Shown piece after piece: positions 58,785 to 64,000 of a stretch of DNA of 64,000 bases. The first letter of the stretch is position 1. Every line of letters starts with the position of its first letter. The position numbers and the translations under genes are program-made. The stretch covers positions 1-64,000 of the forward strand of contig BTUM01000026.1 of NCBI GenBank assembly GCA_045863235.1. The letters are read 5' to 3'. This stretch comes from Candidatus Xenobia bacterium. Its GTDB lineage: Bacteria; Vulcanimicrobiota; Xenobia; Xenobiales; QWHO01. The notes under the pieces were generated by a model. It was given only the letters and a program-made list of their open reading frames with translations. It ran no database searches and had not been told where the DNA came from.

Positions 58785-58951
58785 ACCTCCTTAGAATTTT
58801 GGCTACCTGGCTCGCCTTCCTGCGTTCTCGTGTTAAAGATTTCGAAACACTTTCGAAACAGGCTCGCAACCAGCTGCTCATCTCCCGTTCACACCGCAGG
58901 CGTAGGCTGGAATTGGGTCCGGACCCGCACTATTCCAAAGGAGTCAATTCC

Positions 58952-59239
58952 ATGCAAGAAACCATCGACGTCCCCATCTGTGTGTCCCGGGTCGTTCCCT
59001 TCGAGCCGCTGGAAGGGAGCAAGGCCCTGGCGGCCGTGCTGTTGACCGTCGGGCCGTTGTCGGTCTGGTGCCGGATCTTTGTGGACCCCAAAGGCCAACC
59101 TTTCCTGTCGATGCCCTCGCGCAAGGGGAAGGAGGACCGCTACTACCAGGCGGCCTACTTCTCCGACCGTCGCTTCCATGAGCAGGCCGAGCGCCTGGCT
59201 GTCGAGGCCTACCGCAAGAGCGACATCTCCAACAACTGA
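58952..59239 (+). CDS. SpoVG-like nucleic-acid-binding protein
   Basis: KALAAVLL...RIFVDPKGQPFLSMPSRK..DRYY...AVEAY matches the SpoVG FvaMPSRk pattern; AAGGAG RBS. Confidence 0.75.
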   Translation: MQETIDVPICVSRVVPFEPLEGSKALAAVLLTVGPLSVWCRIFVDPKGQPFLSMPSRKGKEDRYYQAAYFSDRRFHEQAERLAVEAYRKSDISNN

Positions 59240-59324
59240 TGGGTTGAGCGTTCCGTGCTGAAGGTTTTGCCTCTCCTTCGGCAACGACAAACCCGCAGCA
59301 CTTCACGATATCCATTAGTCAGGT

Positions 59325-59356
59325 AGGGCGCGCCCCCTGCGGGGCGCGCCCTTTCC
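59325..59356 (+). terminator. probable intrinsic terminator
   Basis: AGGGCGCGCCCC-CTGC-GGGGCGCGCCCT 12-bp stem followed by a short T run. Confidence 0.65.
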
Positions 59357-59393
59357 AGGTTCTTTCAGCCTCGGGTGCGAATCTTAGCCGACA

Positions 59394-60833
59394 GTGAACA
59401 TCCCTCATCGCACTCCCCCCACCCGAGTCCACCTGGTCACCTGGATGGACGCCACCGAGGCCGTCATCGAGCCGATGGCGGTGGATAGCCTCAACAGCAT
59501 CGAAGACGCCCGGGCCATCGCGGGCAACCAGTTCACCGGGGAGATGATGCTCGAGCGCAAGGTCATGCCGTTCGGTCGAAAGATGGCCACGGGGGTGGTC
59601 AAACTGGGAGCGCTGGTGGCAGCCGGAGCGAGCGTGGCTCTGGGCGCGGGCCTGGCCATAAGCGGGAGTCCGCTGCTGGGGCTGGGACTGGCCGCCGCCG
59701 GAGCGGGCGTGATCCACAAATTTGGCACCTCCCTCTTCCTGCGGGGCGCCGGGCACGTCTACTCGGCAATGCTGGGCAGAAAGATGGCCGAGCCCGCCTG
59801 GAGCGGCGTGCGCACCTACGAGGTGACGGCCAACACCTCCAAGGCGCTCGACTCCAGACTGGTGTCCGAGAAACCTCTCGAGACCAGGCGCGACCTGCCT
59901 TCCATCAGCGACTTTCTGGCCAACGGAATGAAAAAGTATCCCAAGGAAGACATCACGGTCGTGCACATGATGGGTCACGGGCTGGGCTATCGCCAGACGG
60001 CCGGATTGCCTTACCAGGAGTATCGGACGGTGGTGGACGAGACGGTGCAGAAAGCCGGCCGTCCCATCGACGTGCTGTTGCTCGAGTCGTGCCTGGAAGG
60101 CAACCTCGAAGCCGTGGCCGGCATCGGGGACAGGGCACGCTTCGTGCTGGTCAGCCAGGAAACCATCAATGCCGGGGCCGTGGGGGAGCTGCTCTTGAGC
60201 ACGACCGCTCGCACTACCGGCACGACCTTCACGCCCGAGAAGTGGGGCAAGACCATGGTGGAGTCAGCCCGGGTCATGGGCGGATCCTCCCAGCCCGAGA
60301 CGCTGGCCCTGGTGGATACCCGGAAACTGCCCGCGGTCACGCAAGCCCTGGACGAGCTGGGGGCTCTGCTGCAGGCCGAGGTCGGCTCCAACGCCGAGGC
60401 CCTGACCGCGGCCGTGAAGGCCACCCAGCTCTATCCCAAGGATTGGCCCCACCGCTCCACCGGCGAGAAACTGGGGATGGGCGACCTGGGCCACTTCTGT
60501 CGCAATCTGCAGCGGGTCTACATGGGGAAGTCGATCACCCGGAAAAGCGGCCTGGGGCCCTTCAAGTCACAAACCGACGTCTCGTTTCCACAGGCCGCCG
60601 CCTCGCCGCGCGCGGCCGCCATCCTGGAGGCGGCCGTGAAAGTGCGCGAGCTGGTGGACGAAGCGGTCGTCGCGCGCCACACCGTGCAGCGCTATGACGA
60701 GGCCTGCGGCCTCTCGGTGCAGCTCCCCACCAGCTCGCTGGCGCGCCTCGACAAGAAGTTCATGCCTTTTGCCGACAGCGCGGCGCCGCCAAACTGGCAG
60801 GGTTTCGTGCGTACCATGAGCGCCCGGGTTTGA
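59394..60833 (+). CDS. clostripain-like (C11) cysteine peptidase
   Basis: FLANGMKKYP...HMMGHGLG (His-Gly), IDVLLLESCL (Cys), VSQET, TLALVD, GLSVQLP; internal hydrophobic hairpin. Confidence 0.75.
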   Translation: MNIPHRTPPTRVHLVTWMDATEAVIEPMAVDSLNSIEDARAIAGNQFTGEMMLERKVMPFGRKMATGVVKLGALVAAGASVALGAGLAISGSPLLGLGLAAAGAGVIHKFGTSLFLRGAGHVYSAMLGRKMAEPAWSGVRTYEVTANTSKALDSRLVSEKPLETRRDLPSISDFLANGMKKYPKEDITVVHMMGHGLGYRQTAGLPYQEYRTVVDETVQKAGRPIDVLLLESCLEGNLEAVAGIGDRARFVLVSQETINAGAVGELLLSTTARTTGTTFTPEKWGKTMVESARVMGGSSQPETLALVDTRKLPAVTQALDELGALLQAEVGSNAEALTAAVKATQLYPKDWPHRSTGEKLGMGDLGHFCRNLQRVYMGKSITRKSGLGPFKSQTDVSFPQAAASPRAAAILEAAVKVRELVDEAVVARHTVQRYDEACGLSVQLPTSSLARLDKKFMPFADSAAPPNWQGFVRTMSARV

Positions 60834-60956
60834 AGGCCGGGGAAACGACCACCAGGTCGATGTCGCTGTCGATCCAGTGGTCTCCCCGGGCGCGCGAGCC
60901 GAAGACGGCCAGGCACTCCACCGGCAGTCTCGGCTGCAGGGCCTGAAGATAGCGGG

Positions 60957-62141
60957 TTACATCACCCGGCTGGCCAGGTCGGCCAGGGGCATGAGCACCG
61001 ACAGCACCAGCCCGCCCACCAGCAGGCCCATCACCAGGATCAGGCCCGGCTCGAGGTAGCGCACCATCAGAGCCCGGCGCCGCTCCAACTCGCGATCATA
61101 GAAGCTGGCGGCCGACTTGAGCATGGGCTCGAGCTCGCCCGAGCGAACGCCGGTCTTGAGGAATTGCTGCAAGAGCGGGGGCACCAGGTAGCTTCGCGAG
61201 ATCGCGTCGGCGATGCTCTCGCCTCGCTCGACGGCCGTCTCGGCGTGGCGCAGCTCGAGGTCCATGGCCAGGTTGCCCACCACCTCGCGGCTCATGGACA
61301 GGGCTCGCAGGAGGGGCACTCCCGCCCCGTGCAGCATGCCCAGCGTGCGGGCCCAGCGAGACATCAGCCCGCAGCGCTCCAGCGGACCCAGCAGGGGCAA
61401 GCGCAAGCGCAGGTGGTCCAGGGTCACCGGGGGTGTGAGCCGTCGCACCAGGTAGACCAGCAAGCCCACCCCGACCACCACCAGGGGTCCGTAGGTGCGC
61501 AGGATGCCCCCCACGGCCACCACCAGCCGGGTGATCGGGGGCAAGGGCGCTTCGATTGCGCCGTACATCTCGTTGAGCACCGGCGTCAAAAAGGCCAGCA
61601 GCCCGAAGAAGAGCAAACTGGAGAGCACCACCAGCATGATCGGGTAGGTGAGGGCGCTCGCCAGGGCTCGCTGGTGCTCGAGATCGCGGGCCAGGAACTC
61701 GGCGTAACGCTCGAGGATCTCGGCCGGCTTGCCCGCTTCCTCGCCGGCCTGCACCATGCGCACCAGCATGGGCGGAAAGATGCCCTCTTCCGCCATCGAG
61801 CCGGCCAGCGTCTCGCCCTCGCGCAGGCGCACCCGCACGCGAGCGAAGGCGCGCCCGAGCTTGACGCTCTCGGCGTTGTGGGAAAGCGAGTCCAGGGCCT
61901 CGTCCATGGGGATGCTCGAGCGCAGCAGGGCAGCCAGTTGCAGAATGCCGTAGGCCAGGGCGTCATCGGCTTTGGCCCCGGTGGAACGAGCCCGGGCAGC
62001 GCCCACGTCTTCCTGCACCTGGGTGGGGAACAGCCCGCGTCCGCGCAGCTTCTCGTAGGCTCCTGCCCGCGAGCCGGCGTCCACCAGGCCGCGCAGGGCG
62101 CGACCGGCCGGGTCGGTGGCCTGGTAATGGTAGAGCGGCAT
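60957..62141 (-). CDS. gspF: type II secretion/type IV pilus platform protein (GspF/PilC)
   Basis: YHYQATD..G, LAALLRS, GEEAG, ALTYP, AGVPLLRAL, GELEPML, LEPGLI. Confidence 0.9.
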   Translation of the reverse strand: MPLYHYQATDPAGRALRGLVDAGSRAGAYEKLRGRGLFPTQVQEDVGAARARSTGAKADDALAYGILQLAALLRSSIPMDEALDSLSHNAESVKLGRAFARVRVRLREGETLAGSMAEEGIFPPMLVRMVQAGEEAGKPAEILERYAEFLARDLEHQRALASALTYPIMLVVLSSLLFFGLLAFLTPVLNEMYGAIEAPLPPITRLVVAVGGILRTYGPLVVVGVGLLVYLVRRLTPPVTLDHLRLRLPLLGPLERCGLMSRWARTLGMLHGAGVPLLRALSMSREVVGNLAMDLELRHAETAVERGESIADAISRSYLVPPLLQQFLKTGVRSGELEPMLKSAASFYDRELERRRALMVRYLEPGLILVMGLLVGGLVLSVLMPLADLASRVM

Positions 62142-62146
62142 CCTCG

Positions 62147-63598
62147 CTACATCCGCGAGACGCGCAGAGCTTCCTCGCTCGAGGTCAGCCCACGCGAGAC
62201 CTTGATCCCGGCATCCTCCACCAGCGAGCGCATGCCGCGCTCCTGGGCGGCCCGACGCAGCGCCCGGGCATCTTCCGAGCGAGCGATGCGGCTGGCCAGG
62301 TCGGAGTCGACCACCATCAGCTCGAAGACGCCCATGCGGCCCTTGTAGCCGGTATTGAGACAGGCGGCGCAGCCTCCGGGGCGGTGAAACTGAGGATTCT
62401 CGGGCATGCTGGCGAAGCCCAGCTGGCGCAGCTCGGTGGCCTCCGGCTTGTAGGGCTTCTTGCAGTGCGGACAGAGGCGCCGCACCAGGCGCTGGGCCAT
62501 CACCCCTAGAAGCGAGCTGGACAAAAGATAAGGCGGAACGCCCAGGTCGAGCAGTCGCGAAGCGGCCGTGGGGGCGTCGTTGGTGTGCAGGGTGGACAGC
62601 ACCATGTGGCCGGTGAGCGCGGCGTGGATGGCGATCTCAGCCGTCTCGGGGTCGCGAATCTCGCCCACCATCAGGATGTCGGGGTCTTGCCGCAGCACCG
62701 AGCGCAGGCCGGCCGCGAAGGTCACCCCGATCTTCTCGTTGACCTGGATCTGGCCCACGCCGGCCACCTGGTACTCGACCGGGTCCTCGATGGTGATGAT
62801 GTTGCAGTGGGGCGAGCGCAGCGTCTGCAGGAACGCGTAGAGGGTGGTGGTCTTGCCCGAGCCGGTGGGTCCGGTCACCAGCACCAGGCCGTAGGGGTGG
62901 CTCAGAATGTCGCTGATGACCTTCTGCTCGGTGGGCGTGAAGCCGAGCTGATCCATCGAGAAGAGCCGGATGTCTTTCTCCAGCAGTCGCAGCACCACCC
63001 GCTCGCCGTGCAGGGTGGGCACGCACGACACGCGCACGTCGATGTGCCGCTCGCCCGAGTGCACGTGCAGACGACCGTCCTGGGGCCGCCGGGTCTCGGC
63101 CAGGTCGAGCCGGGCCATCACCTTGAGCCGGGCCGCCATCTGGGCGTGGCGTGAGCGGGGCACGCGGTGGATCTCGTGCAGCACGCCGTCCACGCGCATG
63201 CGCACCAGCGACTCCTCCTCGTAAGGCTCGACGTGAATATCGGAGGCGCCGTTTTGCATGGCCTCCAGGAAGATGGCGTTGATCAGTCGCACCACCGGGG
63301 CGCCGGCGGCTTCGGTGAGGAGGTCTTGCGAGGTGGGCACCTCGATGTTGGGCGTACCGTCCTCGCCGCCGGAGCGAGAGCGGGTATCCTCGACGAGCAT
63401 CCGGCGCAGGCCGTCCTCGATCTCGTCCAGGCTCATCACCACGGCCCGCACGTCCTTGCGCAGGGCCAGCCGGATGTCCTCGAGCAGATCACGGGGCGTG
63501 CCCTGGTGGATGCCGACAGTGACCCGATCGAGCGCGTCCTCGATGGGAAGGATGCGGTGGCGCTGCCAGAAGTCGAGCGGAATCTCGCTCTTGATCAA
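62147..63598 (-). CDS. gspE: type II secretion/type IV pilus assembly ATPase (GspE/PilB)
   Basis: ASDIHVEP, RPQDGR, VTGPTGSGKTTTLY, TIEDPVEY, LRQDPDILMVGEIRD, TGHMVLSTLHTND, CPHC/CAAC. Confidence 0.95.
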   Translation of the reverse strand: MIKSEIPLDFWQRHRILPIEDALDRVTVGIHQGTPRDLLEDIRLALRKDVRAVVMSLDEIEDGLRRMLVEDTRSRSGGEDGTPNIEVPTSQDLLTEAAGAPVVRLINAIFLEAMQNGASDIHVEPYEEESLVRMRVDGVLHEIHRVPRSRHAQMAARLKVMARLDLAETRRPQDGRLHVHSGERHIDVRVSCVPTLHGERVVLRLLEKDIRLFSMDQLGFTPTEQKVISDILSHPYGLVLVTGPTGSGKTTTLYAFLQTLRSPHCNIITIEDPVEYQVAGVGQIQVNEKIGVTFAAGLRSVLRQDPDILMVGEIRDPETAEIAIHAALTGHMVLSTLHTNDAPTAASRLLDLGVPPYLLSSSLLGVMAQRLVRRLCPHCKKPYKPEATELRQLGFASMPENPQFHRPGGCAACLNTGYKGRMGVFELMVVDSDLASRIARSEDARALRRAAQERGMRSLVEDAGIKVSRGLTSSEEALRVSRM

Positions 63599-64000
63599 GG
63601 CGCCTTTTGCTCCAGCCGAAGCTGGCGCGGAACCGGCAGGCGCGCCACCAGCTCATCGCCCACGTAGGCGCGCACGTCGAACTCGTAGACCCCGGCTTTC
63701 TCGGGGAAGCGCACGGCCGGCAGGGAAATGTCCGCCTCCTGGCCCGAGGGCAGCTCGAGCTTTTGCTCTTCCAGGCGCACCTGGCGCCCGTCGGGGGTGA
63801 TCAGGTAGCCCACCAGGGTGACGGTGGTATCCGCGCCGCGCGAGTTCAGCACCGAGACCACCGGCAGGCCCACGCCCCCGAGCTGCAGGGGCGAGTCGAA
63901 GCGGAAGTCGCCCAGCGAGATCCCCGTTCCCCGGCTGGCGCCGGGCTGGGTCTCCGGGGTCACATAGGGGTCATAGGGGTCGGGCTTGATGGTCGGCTGG
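63595..64000 (-). CDS. 5'-truncated protein ending in an Ig-like domain, translationally coupled to gspE
   Basis: Frame stays open to the window edge (QPTIKPDPYDPYVTPETQ...); beta-sandwich-like C-terminus; stop overlaps the gspE start. Confidence 0.6.
   Translation of the reverse strand, partial: QPTIKPDPYDPYVTPETQPGASRGTGISLGDFRFDSPLQLGGVGLPVVSVLNSRGADTTVTLVGYLITPDGRQVRLEEQKLELPSGQEADISLPAVRFPEKAGVYEFDVRAYVGDELVARLPVPRQLRLEQKAP

Noticed and set aside
59250..59300. Minus-strand GCCGAAGGAG...AAACCTTCAG as a glycine riboswitch
   Set aside because: Lacks the upstream GGAGA/P1-P2 elements and is not in front of a glycine-related gene.

Overview
A high-GC (roughly two-thirds G+C by eye), gene-dense bacterial chromosomal segment. 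I found no rRNA, tRNA, CRISPR array or intact mobile element. Housekeeping blocks: gdhA (split by a +1 frameshift in a G7 run) followed by a receiver/PEP-synthase-like gene; mscL; dapD-dapE-aminotransferase; a full Rrf2-sufC-B-D-Rieske-S-U-T operon with a clear double operator; and gspE/gspF at the right end. Accessory content: (i) two unlinked triplets of type IV minor-pilin-like genes (PilV/W/X-type); (ii) scattered hydrolases lacking Sec signal peptides but mostly carrying low-complexity N-terminal leaders, several sharing a D-x-hydrophobic motif (two paralogous phospholipase D proteins, a papain-like protease, a CX5R phosphatase, a subtilase, a clostripain-like protease and repeat proteins), which may be the effector arsenal of an uncharacterised export pathway; (iii) three probable pseudoenzymes (kinase, nucleotide cyclase, metzincin); (iv) a lower-GC ATPase/DUF234-type gene with a perfect 28-bp palindrome over its promoter; (v) several candidate structured RNAs, an unlisted 31-aa membrane peptide and repeated leaderless-type starts. 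The gene style suggests Vulcanimicrobiota/Ca. Eremiobacterota, but that is an unverified impression. All family calls come from motif recognition, not database searches.
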